A DNA stretch of 64,000 nucleotides from Octopus sinensis. Taxonomy: Eukaryota. Positions 40,322 to 52,896 of the stretch are shown here, piece by piece (position 1 is the first letter of the stretch; each line of letters starts with the position of its first letter). The DNA lies in assembly GCF_006345805.1 (NCBI RefSeq), contig NC_043000.1:153450001-153514000 (forward strand). Direction: 5' to 3'. A program made the position numbers and the translations under genes. The notes under the pieces are model-generated. The model was not told the DNA's origin. It saw only the letters and a program-made list of their open reading frames with translations, and made no database searches.

Positions 40322-40979
40322 GGGCGTACCTACACCTACAAATTTGCACGTATGCATAGGTTGTGAAGCTTTGCATGCACTAAGAAGGTTAAATCTACAA
40401 TCATTGACACCTAAAGAGACATACGTATGCAAGCACACGTCTACTAAACGAAAACAAAACGTATACACACACAAAAACCCCCAGAAAACTAAAACAAATG
40501 CAAATAGACACATGAAAACCCCCTTTAACTACACAGGTACATGAATAAACAATAATCCACACATAAATATACACACTCGTATAGACAGACACAGAAGCCG
40601 ACACTAAGCATGTCCATACAAATAAGCAAACGTCGCCATATAAACAGAGATATTCAAACTCAAACAGAGACCGTAGACAAACATACACGCATTAAAACCA
40701 TACACACACATCATCCATCATATACTCATACATACACTGATGTTACACCTCTGTACACGCACAGACAGACTGACAGTGGGCACAGTGGGGCAGAAGATGA
40801 GAAAAATTAGCGGTGAGATTGGTACAGAAACGGTGAATCAGTCAGAGATGATGTTGGTGTGTTGTCTCGGGTCAGTCATTATTCACTCATTTCTACCAAG
40901 CATCTAGGCCATTCTCTTCTTTCCTTATGCGAATTCGAAGCATTCCCCCTGTCCTACCCGTCAGCACAAGCCCTAGTGC

Positions 40980-41186
40980 TACCACCACCACCACCACCAC
41001 CACCATCCTCATCATCACCACCAACACCACCGCCACCACCACCACCGTCTGGCTCCTTATCCTCCTCGACATAATTACCGTTTTACTCCCTCCTCGACAT
41101 CATTATCGTTTTACTCCCACCTCATTCTACAGCACATTATCACTTGTTATTACCAACATCATCAAGAACTACCACTATCACGGGTG

Positions 41187-41222
<36 letters not shown>

Positions 41223-41343
41223 TTACTACTAGTACTACCAACAACAACAATACCACCACCACCACCACCACCACTAATACTACTAATATTAGCTGCTACA
41301 ACAACAACAACAACAACTACTCCTCCTCCTCCTCCTCCTCCTC

Positions 41344-41375
<32 letters not shown>

Positions 41376-41410
41376 GTTGTTGCTACTGCTGTTATTACTA
41401 CTGTTACAAT
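40980..41410. repeat. Compound triplet arrays (CCA, CTA, CAA, CTC)
   Basis: Direct sequence. Confidence 0.9.
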
Positions 41411-41655
41411 TAATAATCACTATAACGAACAATACAATTACCAATACTGCAGCCTCAGTCCTCACTCACACAGCATCATCAACTCCGCCGCCTCTGACAT
41501 CAACACACCTATTTTCTTACCAACACCATCACTATCAACATCACTATTATTCTCATCAACCATGTACCATCACCATCGTGATAAAAATAGCAGCTAAATG
41601 TTCCTCAACTCATGCGGTAGCCTCTCAAAAGCAAGAGCATGTTATTGCAAACATG

Positions 41656-42004
41656 CAATAGATAAACAGAAAAGCGAGATAGTCATGAGTGGAACGTCTT
41701 TGAATCATAGATCTATAGGATTTAAGACTACACAACAACGACAATAGATAAACAGAAAGACGAGATAGTCATGAGTGGAACGTCTTTGAATCATAGCTCT
41801 ATAGGATTTAAGACTACACAACAACGACAATAGATAAACAGAAAGACGAGATAGTCATGAGTGGAACGTCTTTGAATCATAGATCTATAGGATTTAAGAC
41901 TACACAACAACGACAATAGATAAACAGAAAGACGAGATTGTCATGAGTGGAACGTCTTTGAATCATAGATCTATAGGATTTAAGACTACACAACAAGGAC
42001 AATA
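41656..42004. repeat. 86-bp minisatellite, 4 copies
   Basis: Units start with CAATAGATAAACAG at 41656, 41742, 41828 and 41914; only a few substitutions between units. Confidence 0.95.
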
Positions 42005-42684
42005 AGAAAACATGTCGTTGCCATGACCTCCACTACTTAATTCTACCGCATCTCCGCCACCATCCATTTTTCCTGATCATCAAAATTCATATAAGATCCT
42101 ACTTCCACGCAAAGAACCCTCAAGTTTCTACTACGCCATTATTTCAACCGAACCAGCTCTAGCTCCACCTTACCCCATCATCTCACCCTCACCATTCCAG
42201 CTTCACCATTCCCAACATCTTCAATCACCACCAACAGTGTTACAAACTCTGCCCTCATCTACCTCATTCCCCCACCCTAATTGCCACCCACTCCCCCCTG
42301 CTCCTTCATCCTCCCCCCCTCCTTCGTTTACTTACTACCTCAATTACCTCCACAAGTGACACTACTCCTACCTCCTCTACCTATCACCACAATCATCGCT
42401 GCTGCTAACCCACCCTTTCCGTTCCTTTTTCTTTTTCCGTTTTTGTTGTTAGTCTTGAACAACTGAAATTAGACATAAAATGAGCCCCCCCCCTTCCCAC
42501 TCGACCGTCCCTTCTGTATTCCAGAATGTTTGTAGAGTGGTGTGTTTGTAGGTGTGCGTCCTCTGTGACGCATTCGTTACATCGTCACAAACTCACCAAA
42601 CAACCTTTATCTTGTCTCTTAAATATGTAAATGTGTGGATGTGTTGTGTACACGCACCGTGCGTATATTTGCGTGTGTTTGTGT

Positions 42685-42721
<37 letters not shown>

Positions 42722-43954
42722 GGAGAGAATAGGAAGGTATGTGTGGGGCCGCAACACTTCCTTCAACTGTTTTAAAAGGGATCAGTATTTGAGATGTTTT
42801 GTCTAACATACTCTAACATATTCTTTTTTAAGTGCAAGTAAAGCGCCAGCAACTTTACCACTTTCAATATCTCTCTCCCACTGCTATATATTATATATAT
42901 ATATATACACACCTTGATACCTCTGTATCATCTATAGTTTATACAGAATATACCTAGTAAAGATCTAGGAAACCATACTTCAAATAAGAACTTGATACTC
43001 AATTATACAGAATATACGTATATTTTATTTCGATATTCAGAGATCCTACGGAGAGCTTATTTGTTTCAGGGATTCAGATGATATCATCTATAGTAATGAG
43101 AAGGATCTATTTCACCGATTTGTGCTGCCTAATATTTAGATAACGGTCTTTATTAGCATATATTAGATGAATAGTAATATTTTGTGTATTTAATCTCATA
43201 CTGTCTTTATTTTCATGTAGTATTTAGGCAAATCATCCCGGTAGTACCCAGCTATCTCTGAAAGTTAACCATAGATTTATTATAATTAAGCACAACAAAA
43301 GGCTCAAACACTAATTTACGAAACATAGTAGGGGATAGTGAGGGAAATATAACTATATCATTTGAAAGTAACGGGTTTTAGATATGATCAGAAAACAGAT
43401 GGTAGTTCAGCCACTAATCTCTTTAATCGCATGACAGTAAAGTCAGCGATGGAATTTCAACGAGGTGTCGTTATAAACTAGAAATAGCAGTCAAGTTTCA
43501 CTCCCTTCCCACCTTACCAATCCTTCATACTATGTTTGGAAAAAAGCTGAGATAGTCACGATTAGTATGTCTTTTATTATTGGGTCTACTCAGCAACAAG
43601 AATCCCAAGCAGCATTTATCTTTATCGTATATTCTATATATATATATATATATTTAATTTCCTGTATAGTATTCTTGTTATTTTCTCGTTTTGTAACTAA
43701 TTGTACTTTTTGTACATGTATTTTTATTTTTGCAGTTTTATTGTTTGTCTATGCCAGAAAAAAGGCTTTTTCGTTCGTCCTCTTGTGTTTGTTTTTGTAC
43801 ATGTATTTTAATTTTGCAGTCTTATTGTTACGTCTTGTTTGTGTTCGTACTCATTGTGCCCCGCTGCTTGAAATTTTATTTTAATTCTCTCGCAGGAAGG
43901 CCTATTGGATTAGTGTTCTGTTATGCCTTCGAAACATGCCTGACTCCTCTAGCG

Positions 43955-43997
43955 ACAGCTGATGACGGGGGTTTTGTCCTTGTGTAACCTGTCCTGT
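43955..43997 (+). ncRNA. Degenerate minimal hammerhead-like motif in a T-rich PLE-like remnant (about 43640-44085)
   Basis: ACAG CTGATGA CGGGGG TTTTG TCCTTG T GTAA C CT GTC CTGT; GAAA is mutated to GTAA. Confidence 0.5.
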
Positions 43998-44752
43998 ATT
44001 TGTTTTTCGTTTTCCGTTTTCTTTGTTTTTTGTTTTTTGGCTTTTTCTGTTTCTACGTCTTATTGTGATGTCCTGTACTTCCGTATAATTATTTATATAT
44101 GCATGTATATATACATGTAGATGTAGGTACGTACATATTTGTTTGTATGTATGCATATATTTTTATTTATCTCCTATATATATATATATATATACGGGTA
44201 TTTAATGAAGGCTTAGTAGTGACGTCATGAGCAATAGCGCTAACTTCCATTTACAGATAATAAATTTACTGTTATTCGTCCCACGGTCAACCGTTTTGGC
44301 CTATGAATGACCAAAGGATTTCCAACTATGAAAATACTGCTTTAAAAAAAAAAAAAAAAAAAATTATTATTTGATATGATAAATCAAGATTATCAACTCT
44401 ATCCGTTCTTCTTTCAGTCAGTGGAAGTGAAATTTGAGAAATATTTGGCAACTATTTCTAGCAGATCGAGCAACTACATATGACCCTCCGGAACGTATTT
44501 TCTAGATATATGTAGAAAATCATAACACAACTTTTCGTTGGACACATATATGTCGAAACGACATTTTATGGAATAATTTACATACAGAAACATTTAGATA
44601 TAAAATAAAACTACAATTTTCATCCCTCAATCCCGCAAAAAAAAGCAAATAGAGAACTTAAAAAATGACTACTTGTGCAGTTTTCGAAAGTTGTATGCTT
44701 TAGGTCGATTATCAACAACATAACAATCTGTCACAATATTCTTTAGTCGTAA

Positions 44753-44957
44753 GGCGGCGAGCTGGAAGAATCGTTAGCACCTCGGGCAAAGTGGTTAACG
44801 GCATTTCGTCTGTCTTTACATTCAAATTTCACCGAGGTCGACTTTGCCCTTTATTCTTTTGGGCCCGATAAAATAAGAACCACCTGAGTAGTGGGTTATA
44901 AGTAATTGACTTATCCTCACCCCCGAAATTGCTGGCCTTGCGCCAAAATTTGAAACC
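44753..44957 (+). mobile_element. SINE family B, old type, full length
   Basis: GGCGGCGAGCTGGAAGAATCGTTAGCAC...TTTGAAACC; 15-bp TSD ATATTCTTTA(G/A)TCGT at 44736-44750 and 44959-44973. Confidence 0.85.
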
Positions 44958-45169
44958 TATATTCTTTAATCGTCTTAAAGTGTTCAGTGTATCATAATGT
45001 CTTGTCCTTAGTAAATAATCGATACCAGCAACTTGATGAATATTTGAACTGAAGATTCTATGCCCACAAAATTATATCAAAGCAACAGTCAAAAATAACA
45101 TAACTAATGGGATCATGTGAACTCTAGGTGAAAATTGCAGCAGAATAAGAAAGCAATAAAAAAAAAAGA

Positions 45170-45418
45170 TGTTCCTTCTCGAGCCATGCCAGGCTCATAA
45201 GAGCTGGTTTCCCGGTTTCAGTGGCGTAGAAATTCCCCTACCGGACAGGACGCCGGTCCATCGCAGGATTACTCATTTTTGCCAGCTGAGTGGACTGGAG
45301 CAACGTGAAAATGAAGTGTTTTGCTCAAGAACACAACGCATCGCCCAGTCCAGGAATCGAAACCACAACTTTATGATCACGAGTTCAACACCCTAACCAC
45401 TAAGCCACGTGTCTCCAC
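45170..45418 (-). mobile_element. tRNA-derived SINE, body 2 + tail X
   Basis: Minus strand: TTGAGCAAAACACTTCATTTTCACGTTGCTCCAG body, then CCTGCGATGGACCGGCGTCC...GCTCGAGAAGGAAC. Confidence 0.85.
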
Positions 45419-45885
45419 TAGAAAGCAAAACATAAAATCCCTCTGATCGAGCAGTCTTATCGATCGAACCATTTTAACCAATAATCTTTCAGACGTACCA
45501 TCTTTTAGGCATAATGTACACTTATGTGTCAAAAGACAGTTAAGTGTAATTTAAGGAAGATTTGGATGTTATTTCTAGCAGATCGAGTAGCATAGTGACT
45601 CCTACATTGGCTCGGGAATGATCATAGTAAGTGGTGTTGGCGGTGGTACCGGTGGTGTCGGTGGTAGTGATAGAGTGGTGATAGTGGTTAAGGTATCTGT
45701 TTTTCTTTTGAAGGAAAAACGGCGTCAAGTGGGTCAGCCTGCCTCCACAATGATAACCTGGATCTTGAAAATATCACAAACTCATAGGTCTATTGCTATT
45801 CGTTGAGGTCGCTCTTCGAATTTTCTTATCCAAATGGCTTTTTTAAAACCAATGTTTACACGCTATGTGTGTGTGAGTGTGTGAG

Positions 45886-45944
<59 letters not shown>

Positions 45945-46700
45945 GTGAGAGTAACTTTATTTGCCTCGAGTTAAACCATTCAAAACAGATCTATTGTTTT
46001 TGTTGCTACAGTTATGTAACCTCCTCGAAGCAGATCTTGGATCAAAGATGATGAACGTGCAGACTTATGATATTAGACCCCACCCAAACTTTGACCATTC
46101 CATTATCATCGTATCTCCCTTAACCTAAGGACAATATTTTAAAGACAATAGGCTACAATTTGGCTTCCATTTTAACTTAGTTCACTCTTCTGGTACTTTC
46201 TTGTTTCTTAAATGGTGAGATGTTATTTAATGGATATTTGGCTTTTATTTGTTATCAGGATGAGCGATCACGTAGATATTTCCATCTTCATTCGTTATTA
46301 GTTGTATATCTTCCCCTACTCACTTCAAAAACAAGTATCTTCAAGCGTTTTATTGTTGACCTACATGTTAGCCTTTACATGCAGACAATCTATACGTATA
46401 TCTGAATCCATTTTTTTTTTTTTGGTTGTTTCCGTTAATGGAATTTGGAAAGCAATTTTGAGGCTAGAATTGTTACATGAAGCATTTACTAATAAAACCA
46501 AATGCATCAATAATTATTTGTATAAATACGAATTTATAATCAGGTTACACGAGCTGTAGGTTTCGAAACAGTTGTCTACAAATATTCTGCTTTTCGCTGA
46601 TTTTGGGAGCGATATTCATTTGGGAGCGATATTCATGGCAGTTATCTTGTGCAACAATACATGATTTTTACTTGTATATATATATATATATATATATATG

Positions 46701-46885
46701 TAGATTCCGGGTTGAGTCGGGGTTAACCACAGTAAATAAGGTACTCAATACATAGCAGAGTAAATTAATTTATTTTATAGAAGGAGCTTCTACAGGACTA
46801 GAACTGTTTCATTCAAATGAAATCATCAGGAAGCCAATGATGATTTCATTTGAATGAAACAGTTCTAGTCCTGTAGAAGCTCCTT

Positions 46886-46891
<6 letters not shown>
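46701..46891 (-). mobile_element. Short Penelope-like terminal (pLTR) remnant with an inverted duplication, embedded in (TA)n
   Basis: Perfect 54-bp inverted repeat (46775-46828 / 46838-46891, 9-nt spacer) overlapping a hammerhead; (TA)n on both sides. Confidence 0.7.
46785..46835 (-). ncRNA. Type I hammerhead ribozyme motif (intact core)
   Basis: GGCTTC CTGATGA TTTCATTTGAAT GAA ACAG TTCTAGTC CTGT A GAAGCT: 6-bp stem I, 4-bp stem III, GUA cleavage triplet; weak stem II closed by a U-U mismatch. Confidence 0.7.
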
Positions 46892-46928
<37 letters not shown>

Positions 46929-46930
<2 letters not shown>

Positions 46931-47462
46931 TTTATTGTGTCAGTCATTTGACTGCGGCCATGCGGGAGCACCACCTTTAGTCGAACAAATATCGACCCCC
47001 AGGACTTATTCTATAGATCTGCCGAACCACTAAGTTACGGGGACGTAAACGAACCAGCATCGGTTGTCAAGCAAAGCTGGGGATGGGTGACAAACACAGA
47101 CACCCATACACACACACACATATATATATATATGTATGAATGTATGTATGTATGCATGTATGTATGTATGTATGTTTGTATGTATGTATGTATGTGTGTG
47201 TGTGCGTGTATGCATGTATATTTATGTATGTGTGTGTGTCTTTGTGTTTATGTTTGTCCCTCCACCATCGTTTGACAACAAACCATGGTGTGTTTATGTC
47301 TCCGTCACTTAGTGGTTCGGCAGCAAAAGAGACGTACAGAATAAGTACCAGGCTTACAAAGAATAAGTCCTGGGGTCGATTTTTTCAACCCAAAACAGCT
47401 TTAAGGCGGTGTTCCATCATGGCCGCAATCAAGTGACTGAAAAATGTAAAAGAATAAAAGAA
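46929..47462. mobile_element. Two head-less SINE family A 3' halves in inverted orientation around one microsatellite
   Basis: Minus half at 46929-47105, plus half at 47251-47462. Confidence 0.75.
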
Positions 47463-47514
47463 TATACGTGTATGCACATACGTGTATATGCATGTACCTA
47501 GAAATATATACATA

Positions 47515-47890
47515 GGCGCAGGAGTGGCTGTGTGGTAAGTAGCTTACCAACCACATGGTTCCGGGTTCAGTCCCACTGCGTGGCATCTTGGGCAAGTGTC
47601 TTCTGCTATAGCCCCGGGCCGACCAATGCCTTGTGAGTGGATTTGGTAGACGGAAACTGAAAGAAGCCTGTCGTATATATGTGCGTTTGTGTGTCTGTGT
47701 TTGTCCCCCTAGCATTGCTTGACAACCGATGCTGGTGTGTTTACGTCCCCGTCACTTAGCGGTTCGGCAAAAGAGACCGATAGAATAAGTACTGGGCTTA
47801 CAAAGAATAAGTCCCGGGGGTCGATTTGCTCGACTAAAGGCGGTACTCCAGCATGGCCGCAGTCAAATGACTGAAACAAGTAAAAGAGAA
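47515..47890 (+). mobile_element. SINE family A
   Basis: Full-length copy with a short internal microsatellite. Confidence 0.9.
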
Positions 47891-48774
47891 AAAAGAGAGA
47901 GAATATATATAGGTATTCTCTTTCATTTTTGAAATTATTTCATTCGGCTTTTGTATCGTTCTTCTCGTCTTTATGCTTTCCTTCCTTCCTTATGTTTGTC
48001 GCTCGTTCTCTTTCTTCCTTCCTTTTTATCTCACTCTTTTTCTTTTACGTCCTGTATTCATTGCATCCATCAGGCAGCCACCCAGCATGTTAGTCAGTCT
48101 GAATGTTCGAGTTTCAGTCTGTCTCCCTGACTGTCCGTCTGTCAGTTTGTCCGTCCGTTTGTCTGTTTGTCAGTAAGTCTGTTCAGTCATTCATTTTTTT
48201 TTTCAGAAAAATTTTTTTTTCCGTTTCTAAAAGTATACAACAGCCTAATTGAAGAGTTTCTAATGTCTGTCATCCTGTTCTCATCAAGAAGCCGAGTTGC
48301 TTAATTAATTAAATTCTTATCTCACCACTCCGCATGAATTTCCTTTCATATTCCATCCCAGCCGCTTCAAAAAGGAAACAAACGATCATCTCGACATCGT
48401 CATTCCCTCATAACTATGCTGAGAAAGAGGGAACGGCGGAGTCGAGAAGATCATTTTCCCCCTCTCTTCCACTGTCTGTCTCTATGCACATACACATACA
48501 CATACCTCAACTCCTTCGTAGGGTTTTAGGGATAACCCTGTCATAGCTTCATAACATGTGGTGAGTGACATTTTTAGACCTGGCGGAACCCGAAGAGAGA
48601 TAGGCAGAAAAAGAAAAAAAGTAAGGAAATGAGATGAATGGAACCCACAAGAGGACTGATCGATCCCCCATTGGATTTGAATACTGGGCGTTGCGGGCCG
48701 GAACGATCACTGCGAAGCAGTCTGTCCGACGCTCTAATGGTTCCGACAACTTGTGGCCTTATAACACACTCACG

Positions 48775-48812
<38 letters not shown>

Positions 48813-49865
48813 AACAATAAAATGATATGTAAGAGTAGCTAAAGGGAAGAAAGGCGTTTCAAAATATAATCAATATTTATATTAAACAACTACACAACTA
48901 CACAATACTTTCTGTTTAATCCTTAACCCTGAGTCCAACCAAATTTATTGTTTTGCCAGTGAGCTCGTCCCAGGCAAGACAGAATATATTTCGTTGAGCT
49001 TGTTATTGTGGATTCAACTTGCTAGCACCCAGACTTCGAACATGGTCGTGTTTTTAGCAATACGACTGTTTATATGAATATATGGAAAAGTGATGTCTCC
49101 AGCGGCGAAATTATGCATTCTGGTGTAAAATCGTAATCCGTTTAACTGTTTAACGGAAACAGTTAAAAAAAAACAACATACTGACCGAATTTGTGAACTT
49201 CATGTTTCAGCTATTTCCGTATATCTGGATTTGTACGTTACGGTGTAGGCAATAAAATTCTCATACGCCTCTCACCACAGTTATGCTGATGAAGGCATCA
49301 TGCGTTCATATATTAGTGTGAGCATTTGGTTGCTAAAAATATGAACGTATTCGAAGTTATAGACTACTTTATGTATTCGTTTCAACACGTGGATTCATCT
49401 TAATTTCAAGTGTTGGTTCATTTTCGTTCTACATACATAAATACAAGCGCGCGCGCTCAAACAAATACACACATACACACACACACACACACACACAACA
49501 CACACACACACACACACGCACACACACACACACATACACACACACACAAGCGCACTAACCAACACGCGCATAGCTAAAAGGGAGGGTCACTTAAAAATAA
49601 GATCAAGCTTCATTTAAAGTGTGTCCATCCGTCTGTGTGTGTGTGAGAGAGAGAGAGAGAGAGGTGTGAGTGAGAGAGAGAGAGAGAGACTAATAACAGT
49701 TTGATTCAACTTCGTATGACATCTTTTAGCATCTGATGAGCTGGAGGTGTCCTACGCGTCCACGAAACTTTAAGTTTTATGGAGCTAAGTCAGACTGGTA
49801 TGAAATATATCTGTAAGTCCTACCAAATATGTCGCGTGCCACTTTCTTGCGTTTCACCATTCACT

Positions 49866-49975
49866 CGTGGTGTGGTTGTTGGGTATGACACTTGCTTCCC
49901 AACATCATGCTTCCGGGTTCAGTCTCACTGCATGGCAACTTGGGGAAGTGTCTTCTTTTATAACCGTAGGCTGAT
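49866..49975 (+). mobile_element. Diverged SINE family A head fragment
   Basis: TTCCGGGTTCAGTCTCACTGCATGGCAACTTGGGGAAGTGTCTTC. Confidence 0.6.
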
Positions 49976-49979
49976 GAGG

Positions 49980-50491
49980 TTACAAAGGTGTTGTGTATTT
50001 TGAGCTGCTTCCAAAGAACCAAACGATCAATTCAGATGTTTACTGTCAACAACTAATGAAACTGGAGAAAGCAAACAAAGAAAAACGGCCAGAATTGGCA
50101 AATCGTAAAGGAATCGTGTTCCACCATGACAATTCTAGACCATACTTGTCTTTGCTAACTCGTGAAAAATTATTGAAGCTTGGGTGTGAAGTGATGTCAC
50201 ATCCTCCATATAGCTCTGACCTTGTGCCATCGGATTACCATTTATTTCGAAGTTTGCAAAATTCTTTCACTGACAAAACTTTCAATAATGAAGATATCCT
50301 GATTCTGGCTCTTCAGATTAAGACCAGAAGTTCTATGAGCGCAGAATCATAAAGTTGCTAGAAAGATGTCAAAAGGTTATCAAATACAAGTGAAAATATA
50401 TAACTGACTAAAGTTCATTCTTTGTATGAAAAAACAAATGACTTTTATTTCACACTAAAAAAAAAAAAACTTACCTCCTTGCCAACCCAGT
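49980..50491 (+). mobile_element. Mariner transposase 3' fragment with right TIR
   Basis: YFELLPKNQTINSDVYCQQL...IVFHHDNSRPY...HPPYSSDLVPSDYHLFRSLQN; ends in TIR-like TTGCCAACCCAG. Confidence 0.9.
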
Positions 50492-50553
50492 TCGGCACTA
50501 GTCGCCATGATAGATCGTTAGCCACTACGCACATTTCTTCTCTCTTTGTGTCC

Positions 50554-50589
50554 CTTTCTGTAGAAGAGCGTAGGCTCGAAACGTAAAAG
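50554..50589 (+). ncRNA. Minimal hammerhead-like motif with one core substitution, in a PLE-like 3' fragment (about 50493-50681) ending at (TA)n
   Basis: CTTT CTGTAGA A GAGC GTAG GCTC GAAA CG TA AAAG; A6 is replaced by U; stem III is the palindrome ACGT. Confidence 0.55.
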
Positions 50590-51377
50590 ACTTTTTCTAT
50601 TCCTGAGCGTTATACTAATACATCTGTTTGTTTTGTACACCACCTGTCTTCGTCTTTTGTTTTTTTTCGTAAACTCTCCCTATATATATATATATACACA
50701 TTTGACATAAAAATTCATAAACTTTTAAGAGAGCGTGGAATTATTGTTGTTTTGAAATTGGTTTTGGAAGTACATATAAAGCTATATATAATAGACAAAT
50801 AAATAAATAACAGAATGTAAATATTAGGTTGAAAAATTCCTCTGTGGTTAGGAAAATGGAAGGCAGTTAAGCCACGTATATCACTCATGAACCTAGTGTT
50901 CTGCGCATGGTAAATTATAAATTGCAAATATTGTTTTTATATTGTAGAGGACATCATTGTGATTGTTCTAGATACTTCTATAGCCCCCCACCCCACCCTC
51001 ACACACACATAAACATACTGAAGTGTCAGGTGATTAAACAATATTTTCAAAATCTGGCTAATAGTAAGATTTCGAAAATGCGAAAACTTTATGGATTACA
51101 GAATAATTCATAATAGCCTTCGGTGGAAACGTCCAAGAAAAATATAAGTACATTTTCTACTGTGTAAAGTGCAAATTTGTAACTTATAACATAGTTTGAT
51201 AAATGTCACGCATGAAACTCCGCAGCCACCCCCTGCACCATCACAACCATCTCCAACAACAATAGCAGCACATCCACTATTTTCATCATCACTATCATAA
51301 AAATCAGAAACATCAGCATCAGTTCATGACCAACTTTAACCTGCAAACTGGTAATGTTAGAGAACAAGTAAAAAAAT

Positions 51378-51568
51378 ATACCTGTTTCTTTATTGCCCAC
51401 AAGGGGCTAAACACAGAAGGGACAAACAAGGACAGACACACGGATTAAGTCGGTTACATCGACCCCAGTGCGTAACTGGTACTTATTTAATCGACCCCGA
51501 AAGGATGAAAGGCAAAGTCGACCTCGGCGGAATTTGAACTCAGAACGTAACAGCAGACGAAATACCGT
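51378..51568 (-). mobile_element. SINE family B, young type, head-less
   Basis: On minus it starts at GGTATTTCGTCTG, and GGTAT recurs after the tail. Confidence 0.85.
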
Positions 51569-52700
51569 GAAGATCTGCTCAGGCTTTCTGCACTTAACTT
51601 CAAATCCTGAAGATGTCAGCTTTACCTTTTATATTTTCGAGCGCGATTAACAAAAGTACCAGTCCAGAGTGGTGGTTTGGTGGAATATTAGCGCGTGGGA
51701 TGGGGTTTTTCCTCCTCTTTGTGTTCTACGTTCATGAGTGGTAGACTGCACTTGCTGCCTAGTTTAATGTCCTTCCCTGGTCCTTGTATTCCTGTAACCG
51801 AGATCTCTCTGTTGCAAGTCTTCGATCAGATCAGGTCTGAGGTTCGAGGCTAACTTTTTCCCTTCAATCCATTTGTTTCCGAGGATCCTAAAAAGGAAAT
51901 GCTGGAAGTTGTGGTAATTGCACTTAATCTCTGACTAAATGGTAATAAGAACTATAACTACTATCACCCCAATAAAACTACAACCAGTATTATAAACATT
52001 AGTATCCTCATGACTCCGTGCGAACTCCAATACCTACGAAACAAATAAAATAATTAACCATACTTTAAATTTTCCCGCCACTATATTGGACCCGTACCGT
52101 ATTGTCAGCATGATAAAATACTACTTCAAAGTAGAGTATCGTTTGTTTTTTTTCTGAGCTACAACCATAAAGTATATGACAATGGTTCATATATTCAATT
52201 CTCGTTCAAATATAATCGTAGTACAACGTTTAGACATCTAAAGGAAATCTCTGAATATATTTCTTGAGATAAACGTGTGAAATTACACATTCATAAAAAA
52301 TATATACATACATCGACATGCCTGTAAATACAGACGAACAAACACATACTCGTACACGTCTTGGAATGTTTATCAAATACAGAACGCACATTTTCTACAG
52401 ATCCTTTGTCAGGATCTCCATTCCAATGTCACTCAGTCTCTTGAACAGCTGTTTTAGTGTTGTACCCGGTGCACTTTTGCCAATAGAAATAACTCATTCG
52501 CATATCCTGGAGTTTTCGTAGTTTCTTGCGCAAATATAGATAATTTTTACTTAGTTCTTTGATTTTTTTTTAGCTTCAAATGCTACTATATATGGTAATT
52601 TGTACCGAAAAAGAATCTCATAGACCTTCCAATCATAATTCTCATAAACTGAGCAGGTTTGTTTATATATTCACGCTTCATTATATTCTTTTGGTATTAA

Positions 52701-52745
<45 letters not shown>

Positions 52746-52853
52746 TATAATATATATAATAAAATATTATTTGAGACAAACCACTATTTTGCAAAACAAA
52801 CAAGGAAAGACTTAATCAATACATAAAATTAATAAATAGTCAAAAAAAAACCG

Positions 52854-52896
52854 CCACTACAATCGTTTCTTGTCTTAATCGACAATCTTCAGGTGG
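52854..52896 (-). ncRNA. Minimal type I hammerhead ribozyme (intact core)
   Basis: CCAC CTGAAGA TTGTC GATTAA GACAA GAAA C GATT GTA GTGG: 4-bp stem I, 5-bp stem II, near-palindromic stem III ACGATTGT, GUA site. Confidence 0.8.

Noticed and set aside
41656-42004. CRISPR-like array
   Set aside because: The units are contiguous and near-identical with no unique spacers, and the context is eukaryotic.
48549-48813. Coding exon in the GC-richer patch (ORFs on both strands)
   Set aside because: No recognisable protein similarity and no consistent splice pair; the ORFs run into microsatellite.
49726-49790. Hammerhead at CTGATGAG...CGAAACTTTAAGTT
   Set aside because: The core is present, but stem I cannot pair next to the cleavage site; at best a heavily decayed relic.
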